DNA of 58,044 bases, filler included, from Sphacelaria rigidula (GCA_964200075.2; 9 parts of 9 records of this genome joined end to end with filler, not necessarily neighbours in it), one strand, 5' to 3'. Shown: positions 39,546-52,876, numbered from the whole stretch's first letter. The notes: a model not told the origin generated them from the sequence alone. A program made the numbers and translations.

Positions 39546-40356
39546 AAACATCACGAGGAAAAAATACCGCTACAAGCTGGTTCAGATTGAACGCACAAAA
39601 TTTTGACCCCGGCTGATGACGAACGCAATACCCAGCCGATATGCACAAATGTGGTACCATACTGACCGCAATGAACAGACGAAAAGGGCGACATAGCCGG
39701 ATTTTTGTTCGAAGCTAAAGCGGTGGCGCTATAGACAAAAACATGTCTCGACCAATCAGCGCCTTTCAAATTGTTCCGAAATTGAAAACACGAATTTCAA
39801 GCCCAATTCCCACCAAATCTCCACATGGTTCAAATCGTAGCAACCGTCATCAGCTTGGGAATCTAACGGGAGAAACAGAGTTGAAAAAGGTTCCAGCGGG
39901 GTCGAATTTTGCCCAAAACCGTAAAGTTTTGGTGATGAGAGGCTTGGCGTCGTCTAATTTTCCACTCATGATCAGTGCGAAAGACCCCCGGAGTCTAGTG
40001 ACGATTTCCCTTTTATCTGTAGGAGAAGAGCTCAGATCATCCTCAAACTTGGCAGTTCGTTAGGTATTGATGCTCCAAATGGAGAAATTGTGTTCTTGGC
40101 AAGATTCCAAAGCTTCTCCGTTCTCTACCGGCTTCCGGGGGTCCCAGCATCAATACCTCGGAAACCGGTACTGAATGCTTCAACACCAAAATTTTCACAT
40201 CTTAGGGTTAGGTGGTATCCCAAGGAACATGTGTACCAATTTTCGATTCTCAACCTGGCTCAACTCGAAAAACTGAATCGGCTGGGTCTTTAACCGTAGA
40301 AATAATCCCTCAAAAGTGCGATTCTGTACTTGAATCAAGTAATAACATACTTTTTT

Positions 40357-43300
40357 ATACTTCAGCGCACGTTTTGCAATTTCCTCACGACGTTTCTTCG
40401 AGTTAGACCACGAAATTTTTCACACATGTTCTGGACGTCAGTATCTCCAACTCGAATAGTTTTATTTTTATTTTTTGTCTTGGTGGCCAGCTATTCGGGG
40501 TCCCGGCTCGAGTACTTGACCGGGGGGGGGGGGGGCAGATCCCGTCTATCTCGACAATAAAAAAACAATCTTCGGGTTTTTTTATATTGTTTTTGTTGTC
40601 GTTTTTTTTTCATTAAAAAATCGTTCAGGTATCTGCGCAGTGCTGTACTAGGCATCTGACTCGGAAGTCTTCCGTGTTCACAGGCTACCACTTCATGTTA
40701 GGGTAAAAGGAAAATCAGGAAATAAAATCGGACCCACGAAAAATTTACACAGACGCGATACAAGAAAAACAAAACAAAAACAAAAGAAGTGAGAAGAAAA
40801 AGAAGAAAGAAGAAACCTATCCTTGGGCCTCTGAGAGGACAGCTCATGCATGAATTAGGCAAACCAGAAAGGGCGCCACATGACACCGCCCACCGCCTCG
40901 GAGGGAGGGATGCATCGGATTCAGCAGTCAGTAGCTTCCATCCTCTCCCTACTCTCCTTGAGACTCCCGCTTCAGCGCACGTAGTCGGCTGGCCTCTTTT
41001 TCGGTCCTGTGCCAAGATGTCATGAACCTCTCCGCTCCCTGTAATGCCCCCGCGTGCCATGGTATCCCCCCTTCTTTCTTTGCTGCAGAAGGCCAGAATG
41101 CACTTTCAACTCCAAACGTCAATCGCTTGTCGTCCGTGAAGCCGTTCGTTGCTCCGAAGGCTTGGAGATCATCCCGCATGCACCTCAGCCAGTTTTGGTC
41201 GGGGCACCCCGGATCCTCCCCTCCCGCTAGTGTTCGGAATACCAATCGCTTCGGTAGTCGTCCGTCCTATTGTCTAGCTAGGGCTCCTGCAACCAGCTGT
41301 CGCCGTTGCCGAACGATGGCTTCAACACTTTGGCAGCCGTTCTTCTTGAGTGCCTGGGCGTACGATAACTACCGGTATGTGCCACGCACTCGGTGGTACC
41401 CGATAACCCGCAACAGGAGCCGGTGGTGTACCATCCTCAGCAACCGGTAGTGTTCGCGGCGTGGGGCCCACGTCATACATCCGTACAGTAGGGCCTTCAT
41501 CGCCTCTGCTTTCAGTAGGCGGACCTTGAGTTCCCACGGTGCTTTCGGTCGGTCGAAGAGTTATCGGGAAAATCTTCTGATGCATGCCCACGCGGCTCTG
41601 CTCCGATTGTTGATCTCTTGTGTGAGCTCGCCATCTTCGGTGACGAGCCCGCCCAAGTATCGGAACTGCGTGGTTTGTGCGTGTGTCTGGCCCGCTGCTT
41701 CGATGACCAGTGGGGGTGGGGGTGGTGCTGGTGGCTCCCCTTTCTCTGGTCGTTTCGCGGGTACACGCATCAAAAGCGTCTCTGTCTTCTTTTCCGAGAC
41801 CGTTAGTCCGAAGGCCCCAAACACTAGCACTATAACACTCATCATTCTCGCCAGGCCGTTAGGTGACCTCGACACGACGGCCGCGTCATCGGCGTGAAGC
41901 ATCCCCCATACCGCCCGCCGTGCGCGTTCTAGAGGTGTCTCCGTCTCCCTCACCGTCTCCTCGTCGAGGTATACCACGTCCTCGAGGATTATGTCGTCCT
42001 CGCTGAATCGCACGAGAACTACCTCTAGCGCCGCAGCGAGGAAGACATTGAACAACAGCGGGGACAGCACAAAGCCTTGCCGTAGGCGTTGAGTAACTTC
42101 GAACCACTCTGAGAGTCCCCCATTGTCCATGCGTACGCGGGCCTTCATGCCATCGTGGAATTGGCGGATCACTCCTATCATCTCATCCGGGATCCCAGCT
42201 CGGGCAAGTAGCTGCCATAGGAGCTCTCTGTTTACCGAATCGTAGGCCTTTTGGAGATCGACGAAGCACATGTACAGTGATATTCTCCGTCATCGTCCCA
42301 GCTCTTGGAGTCGGTGCACTACGAACAGCATGTCGACGGTGGATCGATCCGGTCTGAACCCGCACTGTTCCTCCGGCAGTATCCCGTGTGCTTCGCAATA
42401 TTCGCTGAGGCGGTTGGCCACTATCTTCAGGAGCACTCTCCCTGCGTGTGATACTAGCGAGATTCCCCGATGGTTGTTGCATTTGGAGCGGTCGGATTTC
42501 TTTTAGAGCACTTTGATCTTGGCGTCCTTCCACTCCTGGGGGACCTCACCTCCGCTCCACACCTTGACGAGAATGGTATGGAATCGTTCGATAACGATGG
42601 GCTCGGCTCGACCGTCGATCTTTAGCAGTTCTACCGGAAGGGAGTCGTGTTCTGGCGATTTCCAATTCTGCATCCCTCTAACTGCTCGTATGGTCTCCTC
42701 CAGCGTTGGTGCTGATCCAAGTGGTATCGAATCTCCGGTGGGTAGTGCTGTCGGTCGCTGCTGCACCTCCTCGATGATGGTTGGGTCCAGATTTGGCGAT
42801 TTGGTGTTCAGCAGTGTTCGGAAGAACCTTGCCCATCGCTTCAGGATCTCGATGGGGTTCCTCAGTAGGACTCCATTCTCGTCCTTTATAAACTGCCGCC
42901 CCCCTGTCTGTCTTCCGTCGAGACCTACCGAGCCCTTGACGTGTTTGTAGAGGCCTCGTATGTCGCGGTCCTTGTAGATCGCTTCGAGCCTCGCCACGTA
43001 CCTTTCCAGGTGTGCATAGATGCCGTCGTCTATCGCAGTACGGACGCCTTTGCACGCGGCTCTGAGTGCTTTCCACGTTGTTGGGGTCCGGTTATCCTTC
43101 AACAGGCGCCGTGCCTCCCGTCGGCGGGCAAGCGCTGTCTCCACTGATGCTCTCGTCTCGGGATTTTTGCACCATTCCGGCATACGTGGTATTCGGGTTT
43201 CTGCCGGGAGTACGATTTGTGCTGCTTCGAGGATATAGCTTCGGTGAACTCCCTCGCGGCCTCCGGTGCGGAGGGGGGAGGCTAGTATGCTCGCTCTCCC

Positions 43301-45050
43301 AGCTTGTGTAAGAACCTTTCGACCACATGTTGCCAGGTAGTTTCGACGTGCAGCTGCTGCCTACTGAACCGCCGCTGTTTCGGTTGAGTTCGCATGGGGC
43401 GGTTGTGGGCGAAGCGGTCACCGAGATCAACAGTGGCTGCCACCATATTGTGGTTAGAGTCCGCTTTGGCCGGGGGTGCGGGTTGGGGGTGTATGACTAC
43501 GTTGCGCACTTCACCTCGGTGTGCCTGCCGGGTAAGTGTGTAGTCTATGCGCTTGAAGTCACTGGCACGGTTTGCTGCGACACCGTTGTACGTGTGTGAT
43601 ATTCCACCTTTACTCTTGCTGAAGAAGGTGTTCGTGATGGCTAGTCTGTTGTCGGCTGCGAAGGTTAACAGTAGGTGGCCGTCATCATTCCGCTCATCAC
43701 GTCCGTAGGCGCCTATGACCCCATTTTCCTGTAGGCTCTCTCCCATTCTTTGGCCCGTACGCGCGTTAGCGTCTTTCATCACATATACACATTCCTTCGA
43801 TGGGATACGCTTCACTAGATCGTCAATATTATCCCAGAATGCTTCGTTGGTTTCACACTTGGCGACTTCAGTCGGTGCATACGCAGCTATGAAGTTGATC
43901 GCCCCGCGATGCTCTGAGATTTCAAACTGCATTGCCATGAGGCGCTCGTCAGTATACTCGGTGGTGTAGGTGGCGTTGTTGCAAATTGACTCTTTGATAG
44001 CTATCCCCACACCTAGTTGCCCACCTGATTCGCTTTCGCAACAGAAGACTCTGAACCCTGCTGCTGTGCAGTCTGTTCGCCCTGCCCTTCGGGTCTCCTG
44101 TAGTCCCACCACCGACATGTTTAGTCGCGCTGCCTCATATAAGACGCTGTAGCCTCGCCCCCATTCGTTTGCTCCTTTCACAGCGAGAGTTCTGACGTTG
44201 TAAGTGGCTACCTTAACAAGTCGACTCCTCTGCCTCGCCCGGGCTATTCGTGCTGCTTTCCTAGCAAGCCTACGCCTAGTCCGGCCCCTACTCCTCTTTT
44301 TTTCCCTCTTCATCTTTGCTTTCTTTTTTATTGCGTTGTTGACTTTCCGGCTGTATTTGGTAGCCCGGTGCTTGTCTTTGTTCCGAGGCAGGTGCGACTC
44401 TCCTGCTCTGCCCATCTCTACTCCTTCACGACATCTGGAATGCGTACCCACGTAGTGTACAGCCTATCTACTCTTGCCTAGGTTGTCCCCGCTACGGTCT
44501 CCGCTGCTACATAACCCTGGGGTCCATGCCAGGGCTTGAGGGTTCAACCTCATGCAGCTTCCAAAACTGTTCCGAAATGAAGCACACGTTTATCTGGCGA
44601 TCTCTGTGCTCCCTAACGTTCAACTCAGGCTCCCCGTGGATACGAGGCTCGGGCTCGTGTCTCTACGGTTGTTGTCGAATGGTCTTTCGTGGTTTAAGAT
44701 CCGTGGTAGACTCCTGCTCACTCCAGTATGGGCAGTCGGGAGGGGGTGGTTTTTACCGATAGGTTTGGTGCGATACAAGTCACGTTGGTCGTGATGTTCG
44801 TGATTTCTATCGGCCAAACTCAGGATCCGCGGCGAGACAAGACTAGGTCTCGTATTCCTCACCTCGTTTCCTGCCACTCTGTGGTCGATTCAATGGCCTA
44901 TTCGTGGGCTAAGACCGCTGTTAGGTGTGGGCCCACCCCAGAGGAGGGGCGGGTCGCCGTGGTGTGTACCGTGCAGATATCGGAACGGTTATATATTATA
45001 CTGCCTTCCAGCATATGTGTGCAACATTTCGTGGTCTAACTTGAAGAAGC
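40357..45050. mobile_element. Inverted-repeat element whose arms flank the LINE
   Basis: 40392-40444 (TTCTTCGAGTTAGACCACGAAATT...) is reverse-complementary to ~44997-45048. Confidence 0.65.
40602..44970 (-). mobile_element. Near full-length RTE-like LINE, decayed (single APE-RT ORF ~44451-40949)
   Basis: APE motifs ATYNVRTL, GLQETRR, YAPT, DANAR, IDY; RT motifs FVDLQKAYDSV, LRQG.VLSPLLFN, HADD, FRYLG; A-rich tail at ~40602; several stops and frameshifts. Confidence 0.93.
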
Positions 45051-45112
45051 CAGGGAGGAATACGTGAAACGTGATACAGTGTGACACGTGACGTGAACGT
45101 GACGTTTTGAGT
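45051..45112. mobile_element. Left end of a hAT MITE, same family as 12093-12346
   Basis: CAGGGAGGAATACGTGAAACGTGA...GTGACGTGAACGTGACGTTTTG. Confidence 0.8.
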
Positions 45113-45124
45113 TCGCGCTCTTCC

Positions 45125-45224
45125 NNNNNNNNNNNNNNNNNNNNNNNNNNNNNNNNNNNNNNNNNNNNTTAATTAATTAANNNNNNNNNNNNNNNNNNNN
45201 NNNNNNNNNNNNNNNNNNNNNNNN
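45125..45224. other. Artificial scaffold linker
   Basis: Same 100-bp linker. Confidence 0.98.
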
Positions 45225-45432
45225 GCCGTGGCGGACGGATATAGCGTCTGTCTCGTAGTAGTTCCCGTTGGGCAACAGCTCCCCTCTCTCGTACGAATCG
45301 TGGTGGGGCCAGCGACCGCCGCCGTAGATCTCCAGTTCAGTCGGATCCGTCCTGGCTTCAGCCCGCGCGCGTACCGCCGCCGGCCCTTTGGACTGCATGC
45401 AGTGCGGACAGTGCTCCATCTCGGCGAAACCT
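45225..45432 (-). CDS. LPMO-like secreted protein, exon 2 (cut by scaffold end)
   Basis: CGCAG|A GFAEMEHCPHCMQSKGP...ETDAISVRHG; phase matches exon 1. Confidence 0.8.
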
Positions 45433-45577
45433 CTGCGTGATGTTTTGGAGCCGGAGAATGGGATAAAGGGGGTGCAGATATGGTGGGGGGAAGCCCAACG
45501 GTACACAAAATTGATTCATCTCTGCCACCTACGTATCTGCTTTGTTATTTTAGACCTCACAGGGAGAGTGAGGAGGG

Positions 45578-45770
45578 TGTAATACGTGAGAGGACCGCGT
45601 GCTTAGAAGCCCCCGCCGTAGTCCGAAACACCCCAGGATCGACGTTTATCGAAACCAATCGGACCAGTCCCTGCAGGAACCACGCCCCTGACCCTAACTC
45701 CAACACCAACCACATGGATATTCAAAGTCAGATGCAGTCCTCCAAGCACACGGTCCCCTCACGCATTACA
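45578..45770. mobile_element. MITE (TGTAATGCGTGAGAGGACC family)
   Basis: Imperfect TIRs; same family in opposite orientation at 50494-50800. Confidence 0.85.
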
Positions 45771-46886
45771 TCCCCTCCCCTCCCAAACGTAATACCAACG
45801 CCTATATAAAGCGATCGCATACTGAATCCTACACAGAAGCGGGCGACGTCGGAGAGGGGTACCCCCCTGAAGAGAGGGGCAGAGTAGCATACGATCCACG
45901 TACCCTCTGATACGTAAGTGGAGTAGCAAAGACAAAAATAGCAGGTGGAAAAATGAATCGAAATAAAGAAATTGAGGTCAAGTCTCAATGAAATATATAT
46001 TGACGAATAAACGATGGATAAAAGATAAAACGATAAGAAGGTGCCGTGGCTGATGTATTTTATCGGAATACTGCACGCACCACAACTGTCGTATGCTCAT
46101 CATCGTGAGTCTGTTTCGTCACTCCCGGTTTGCGCACGCTTAGATGTAAGTTGTCGTTCTTGTTTTTCTTTCATTTTTTGTCCACAATCGTCCCAGTGGA
46201 CGGCTTTGGTTGAAGCTCGTCTTTAACCACGAGCGTTCAAATCAGCCAATCAAACCATAAACAGCACGTGGGTGTTTTCAACAAGTAGACATTTAGCACG
46301 TGTTTGAGGGATAACATGCAGTGAACACGGATTGAGAAGGAAGAAGAATATATTTGAACAGAATACGAATACTCCCAACTTCGGCCCCCGGAAGGGGGGG
46401 GGAGGGGGGCGGGGGGAGGGTAGGTGCGCGGGATACCTCTTCTCGTGTTGCACCTTTGGAAGCATCTTATTTGACAATTTTGGAACGAGCACACATGTTA
46501 CCGCGTGCTTCTACTTGTCATGATCTGACAGCTGAATTTGCATACATCCGCGACTTTTATATCGCACCACGTTCGGTTCTTCGGCAGTTGGATCTTGCAC
46601 AAGCGTCATCAGTTGACACATACATGTAATATCAGTGTCTTGTTGCGCTTTTTCGTGAAGTAATCGAATATAAATGCTGGGCAGCGAGGCTCATTCGCCG
46701 GGGCTTGGCCAACATTGCCCAGTGGATACAGCTTGGATTTATTGGGGCACTGATGGCCAACGCTTCTCAATACTGCGGAGTACCCGGTGTACCTACCATC
46801 CAAATGTCTACTCGTTGGTGTACTCGGTTTGGTATGAAGTAAAGTGCTCAGTAACCCGGAGCACCCTGAATTTAGACATCTGTGCG

Positions 46887-46887
<1 letters not shown>

Positions 46888-46945
<58 letters not shown>
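46888..46945. repeat. (CA)n microsatellite
   Basis: About 29 units. Confidence 0.95.
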
Positions 46946-46946
<1 letters not shown>

Positions 46947-47820
46947 CACAGCACATCCCACACAATACTGGGTATTCCAGAGTACCAATAATACCGACTG
47001 CTAGAATAATACCGGGTATCCCAGAGTAGCCCGAGGACTACCGACCGCCGCCGAACATGCTGAGTATTTCCGAGCACCCCGAGGATCAACACCCACGTTT
47101 ACTCCTGCTCGTGCTGCTCTATCCCAACAACAAAATCTGCACATAGTTTCATTACAAGTATTACTGCATCTGTGTCGAAGAATATACAATAATAATAGTT
47201 CGTCCGGTCGTCTGCTCGTGCATTTCCGAACCCACAAACGAAGTTTTTCAAATGTTTGTTCATGCGCACACGTTTTTCAAATTTCATCTCAAGTTGTCGT
47301 TCAATTGAGATATCTCGAGCTCGAGGTTCCCAGTATATTTATTTCACTGCGAATTACTGTCAAGTTTACCTGAAATCTCCAGTCTGAGATATACACCTCC
47401 AATGAATTCTCTACATTCAGTCTCATTTGGCGTACATTTTTTTACAGATGCGATGATACAGACAGTAGCCAGAAAGCGGATTGTACAGTATCTTACACGA
47501 AGTTAGGTATCACATTATGTTGTCTCTCACGAGAGGCGAGTACGATATCTCGCGCACCAGCTGCACTGCAGCAGCGTTTGTATGGTGAGAGACTCGGTCG
47601 CTGATTGATGGTTGGTACGTAAAACGTTTTTTCATTAGTCTTGCTGCTATAACAGGACGATAATTCCAGTGCTCACTCAAAGGATCGGTATCTTTCACAC
47701 CCACGCCAGGGTCAAAGATTCTGTGCTACAAGGTTCTCTCGTGTGACATGGCCGAGCGCGACAACAGGGCATAGTACAGTACGCGGTGGACAAGTAGACA
47801 ACAATGCTGTAAACACTCAC

Positions 47821-47987
47821 GCTTTCTGGAAGACGGTCGTGTAGAAGAAGGTACGGCTGACAGGCGCCATCATGAAGGCGTGGCCGTCGACTTGTTGAGG
47901 GAGTCGCGCTAAGAAGAACCCGCTGGCGCAGATCGCGGCCTGCACCCACGCGGACATGGTCACACTACTAGTCGATCGTCGAGCCAT
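47821..47987 (-). CDS. LPMO-like secreted protein, exon 1 (signal peptide plus N-terminal His)
   Basis: MARRSTSSVTMSAWVQAAICASGFFLARLPQQVDG-HAFMMAPVSRTFFYTTVFQK GC|GTGAGT; ATG context AACATGG; not present in the ORF track. Confidence 0.8.
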
Positions 47988-49317
47988 GTTGACGATGATA
48001 CTGCTGTTTGTCGTAGGGATTAAAAGCAGAGTGGTCCTCGTTCGGCGTAGTTGCTGCTGTTTGGCTGAAGATCTTTGTTGGGCTATGTTTGCTTATCCGC
48101 AGATGAATGAATGTTGTGAGAGGTGTGATGGATGGTCTGGGGGAAGGTGACCGCGATTTGTGAGAGGGGTAGGAGGGGGGGGGGAGGGGACGTCTCACGA
48201 AAAAGCAACTGCTCCCTATCTGGAGAGATGGAAAGCCAGTACAGATTGTGAGCGTTGTTTGGGAGAGACGTTGTAAATGAAACGAAAGATATGTGCGTTT
48301 GTGCGCTCAATGACCCGCAGTCGGGATGAGCGATCTGGTACCATACAGCTCTCCCGAGAGAAGCAGATTCATGTGTCGTTGACGAGGCGGGACAAACAAC
48401 GAACGGCTCATGTTTTATGTGCAGCTCGACCGTTCACTTGCGGGTCGTTCGAGTATCGATGGCTATTTCGGATTTTTTTTCTCGCGAGTGGAACATTTTC
48501 GGGACATGAAGAGCCGCTAGTTGTGCTATTTTTAGAAAGGAATTTGCGGAATCGGGTAGTACACCATGAACGGCACAACACGATCGGCTCGGCCGGGATT
48601 CCGTTTGATGCCATGGGGGCTGGGCACTTACACGCAACGAAGAGGTTCGTTGAGAAATGCTTGGGGGCACGCCTGCCCTGCTGAGCAATCGCCGAAGCAA
48701 GCAAGCGGATAAGAAGGCACGGGGGGGAAATGGGAAGGCTTGAGGTACCTCCTCCTCGATTATTATTATAGTGTATCTAACAGTATAGTGATTTTTTAAA
48801 TACGTCGGGAACCTCGATGAGTTTGAGATACTGCTCTACCTCAAGCGATACGGCGTATGATCTGGAGGGGTCTCCCGGTACGTTGTGAAGTTTTGATTGC
48901 GGTTTGGGGCAGAAGAAACACCACAACAGACATACGATACGCTGGTGTCGCTGTTGAGTTATGTGCGTGCGTCATGTATGAGGAGATGGCCCACCTATCC
49001 TCACGGTGAAAGGGTTAATACTTCACCGAGACTCAGTAGATGAGTCACCGCACGAAGCTGATTATACGAGACGATGCAAATGCAATGTGACACAATATTG
49101 ATGGGTGAGGGATTGAACAAAACTTGTTTCATTATTGCCACATCATCATTCTTGTATGTTGGTGAAAGTTATACCATCACACGAATCGCGATGCGCTGCC
49201 ACCAAAGAATGAGAAACATCTTCTTGTCGCTTCATCGCTTGCTCCTATATTTTGTACATATACTTGATTAACAGCTGACTAACTGAACAACATATTCATT
49301 CACTGTCTTGTGTAGAC

Positions 49318-49395
49318 GTATCTCGAACTCGAGGTTCCCGCTTTATTTCACAGTAATATAAGTCAAATATACCAGGAACCTCGAGTTCGATATAC
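49318..49395. mobile_element. ~80-bp palindromic mini-element
   Basis: GTATCTCGAACTCGAGGTTCC / GGAACCTCGAGTTCGATATAC; related copies at ~47308-47395, ~48743-48831 and ~49802-49881. Confidence 0.75.
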
Positions 49396-50493
49396 CTCTT
49401 GTAACACTTGTACCATACACCCGTTTTTGTTCAAATTGGCGCCGCAGGCGCCCATTAGAGGTCTGCTAACAACGCACACTTGGCCCAAAACAACCTTCGC
49501 ACTCCCCTTGCCCAAGAGTTTCAAGTTCCAGTATGGCTTGGTCAGGGTTAGAGTTCGTGTCAAAGTCAGGGTTGGCGTTATAGTTCAAAACCAACTGTCG
49601 TCGAGAGCGCTTGTTGGTCAACCATTATTTCGATCAAGAAGCGTAAGCAGTAAGCACCCCTCTCTCTATAATAGTAATTCCACGATTGATCGATTGTTGG
49701 CGGAACTTCATCATTTCATGACGAAATTTCAGTCGTGAACAAGTTTAGGAAATCCCTTCGGGGCGAATCAAATCAAAGATGAAGGTATAGACATCATGAG
49801 CGGTATCTCAAACTCGAGGATTCCAGTACGTGTCACGGTATTTACAGCCAAAAATACCGAGAGCCCCGCGTTTGAGGTACCTTTTGTCAACTTGTCGTGC
49901 GTGGTGTGCCCACCACCACCACTCGCTGCCTGCGCACAGCCCGCGAAAAACACGATATGGAGACCACCGCTCATTTTGGCGTCAAGATCGGAGGCGGGGT
50001 ACAAATATATACATACTCAACAGCAGGACAGACCGCAACAACAGAGGACAGGTTGGCTCCCCCTCCGCATAATATCCAGAACCCTACTCATAGCAAAGAA
50101 AGGAAGGATGTTCGCGTTGCCAGCAACGGCGTGCAATGAACTTGAACGCCAACGACTACGAGCTGGACCAGCCCAAGAACGGGTTAAGAAATGCACAGCA
50201 ATATCTCGTCGACGGGGACGAATTGAGCCGTGATCCGTACATCTTGTGATAACCGTCTTGTCAAGGGGCAGATGCCGTTCTACTCATCAACAGCCCGGTC
50301 AGATGCTTTACCGTCGAAGAAACCTCATGCCAAGTAAACCCCCGTGCGTCACAACGGATATATCTCGATGTTCAAGACCACAGTATAGTGTACGAAGCCT
50401 CGCCAGACACGTGCGTAGCTTGGCAGCCGGTGACGCGGCTTCACCTTTCGACTATCGACGACAGCATGCTACGAAGTTGTCTTGTCTCTGCCT

Positions 50494-50800
50494 TGTAATG
50501 CGTGAGAGGATCGCGTGCTTAGAGGACCGCATCGGAATTGTAACCTTACTATGGTAAGGGTTAGGGCTAGGTTTGGTGCCACCCCAGGGTAATGCGTGAG
50601 AGGACCGTGCGTGCTTAGAGGACCGTATTGGAATTCGAACATCCCTATGGCTAGGCTTAGGGTAAGGGTTAGTGTTAGGGCTATGGTCAGGGGCGTGGTA
50701 CTTGCAGGGACTGGTTCGATTGGTTTTGAAAAACGTCGATCCTGAGGTGTTTTGAACTACGGCGCGGTCCTCTGAGCACGTGGTCCTCTCACGCATTACA
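50494..50800. mobile_element. MITE of the 45578 family with a duplicated end
   Basis: TIR TGTAATGCGTGAGAGGA; terminal ~95 bp duplicated at 50589; internal TTAGGG-like tract. Confidence 0.85.
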
Positions 50801-51584
50801 CCAGTTTTTTTGTTTTTTCAATTCGTCAGTATGTACTACTTTATTAAGCCCTCCTCTTCTTCAGGGCGAGCCGGTAGCCTCACAGTGAAACATATCGATC
50901 AACCTCTCGCTCGGTGCATGTCCGACACTCTTCTCGTCAGACCTTGAAGTCCTTCCTTTCCTCGCGACGAGTCTTCCCTGCCCCATAGGATGCCAATCCA
51001 TCTCTTCCCCAGTACCTACATATGCCTGACGTTTTGGTCTTACTGCTCATTGAATCAGCACTCTCGCGCACCACATGTCAACTTTCGCCAAGTTGTCCTT
51101 GTCACCTACGTTCTCTCACATCTTCAACGATGAAAATCAGATAAATTCATGAATATCCCATTGGAAAGAATCGTTTCATCACTGCTGACAACCGAACCCT
51201 CAACTCTCCACAAACCGGTTTCAACATGTAACCAGTTGAACCACCGGGGCTGTGACGCTAGCAGGTTTGCTAGTACTGAAGCGTGTAAATGCTGTTGAGA
51301 GACTCCCCATGTCATGAAGACGCATATTAGTTTGTTGATGCTGCTTCAGACCCGTTGTCGATTCTAGCCATGGCGTTCCAGAGACCACAGGTCTGTTCAG
51401 AGTTGGTCAGATACGAATGTGAAGCTGTATCATCACAGGAACGATACAGGTTTTGTTTGTGTAGGCACGGGCTCCGCGCCCATAGGGTAACTTGTGCATT
51501 GATGTGCGCAACTTGATTAAAGTATAGGACCCATATTTTTTCTCAAGTCATGACCTGAATAACGCCTGCGAATTCAAAAAATCA

Positions 51585-51684
51585 NNNNNNNNNNNNNNNN
51601 NNNNNNNNNNNNNNNNNNNNNNNNNNNNTTAATTAATTAANNNNNNNNNNNNNNNNNNNNNNNNNNNNNNNNNNNNNNNNNNNN
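51585..51684. other. Artificial scaffold linker
   Basis: Same 100-bp linker. Confidence 0.98.
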
Positions 51685-52876
51685 AGCTCACGTAGTGAGT
51701 GGCGTGTTTTACAGCGTCATCGCCAACAGACGCCAACCCCATGTAGGGGGGGGTGGGGACGGCGTACTCATTTGTTGCTCGCCGTAGTTGTGTGACCGTT
51801 GACCACGAATCCCTTTCGAGACGGAGCACGGTAGGGGTGCACTTTTTGCGCGAGCTCGTGTCTAGTTCAAGGCTCCTAATGATTCTAGATACACAAGAAT
51901 ATGGGTCAGGGCATCCCCGTCTGCAAATCTATTCGGTATTTCCCTAGCATATTTTTGTTTTTTCTTCACACTTTGAACCTCTCCCTTTCCTCTGTATGAG
52001 TCCGTGGTCTCAAGGGAAGAGCCCATTTCTCCCCCGGTACATTGGAATAGTACGTCGTGGCCTGCTCTCACATATTTCAGAAGTCGTGTTTTGGATTAGA
52101 TAAAGGGCTCCTCACAATTCTTATCTCAGAAAATATTTGTGCACTCCTAAGCATCTCTCCCGCACAACATAATATTGGAGTCGAACGGATCGCATTACTA
52201 CGAATGGCATCATCCTGCGGTAGGGGTTACACGTTCGGCCCCAGATCGTTTTCGTTCACGGGCCCCTAAAGTGAGGAGCTACACAAGAATAGGGGTCAGG
52301 GCCCTACGATTTTCAAATTCATTTGGCATACACTTAGCCGCTTGGAATGCTAATCGTAGCGTGCTCTCACATATTTCATGAGTCGTGTGTGGGTGTGGCA
52401 GAGGGTTCCTAAAGATTCGAACCTCAGAGGACATGTGTTCACCCCCACCGTAGCATCACTTGATAGGTCTCCAGGCTGCAGCTTGACCTAGCAGTGCGAG
52501 TACTTTGCGGGATTTAGAAGTACCGCGAAATGTCCAACAAGAGCAGAAGGTGCTGTGGACTTAAAAGTGCGGTGTACGGGAGGATCCTATCTCTGTGGTC
52601 GTGTCCGGCCTGCCGTTATCATTTTCCATTCGACGGAAGGCTACGTAATTTTCAGGTGCTAGGGTAACTGGAAAAATTGGACATAGAGAAGACAATAGTA
52701 ATGTTTTGTGGGATGTGGGGGTTTGGTGTGGTCTTCGTTGTTGGTGTTGTTTTGAGTTTTTTCGAAGGGGAAAACACCTCTACCTCGGTATATTCATGCT
52801 AGACCTACTTTATAGTCGAGGTTAAAATGTCTAACTGACGGCAATTGATGCGTCAGGCAGGCATACTGGGGTATGC

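Noticed and set aside
39550..40340. AT-richer stretch with short ORFs as a possible viral or gene fragment
   Set aside because: No recognisable motif in the frames examined, and frequent stops
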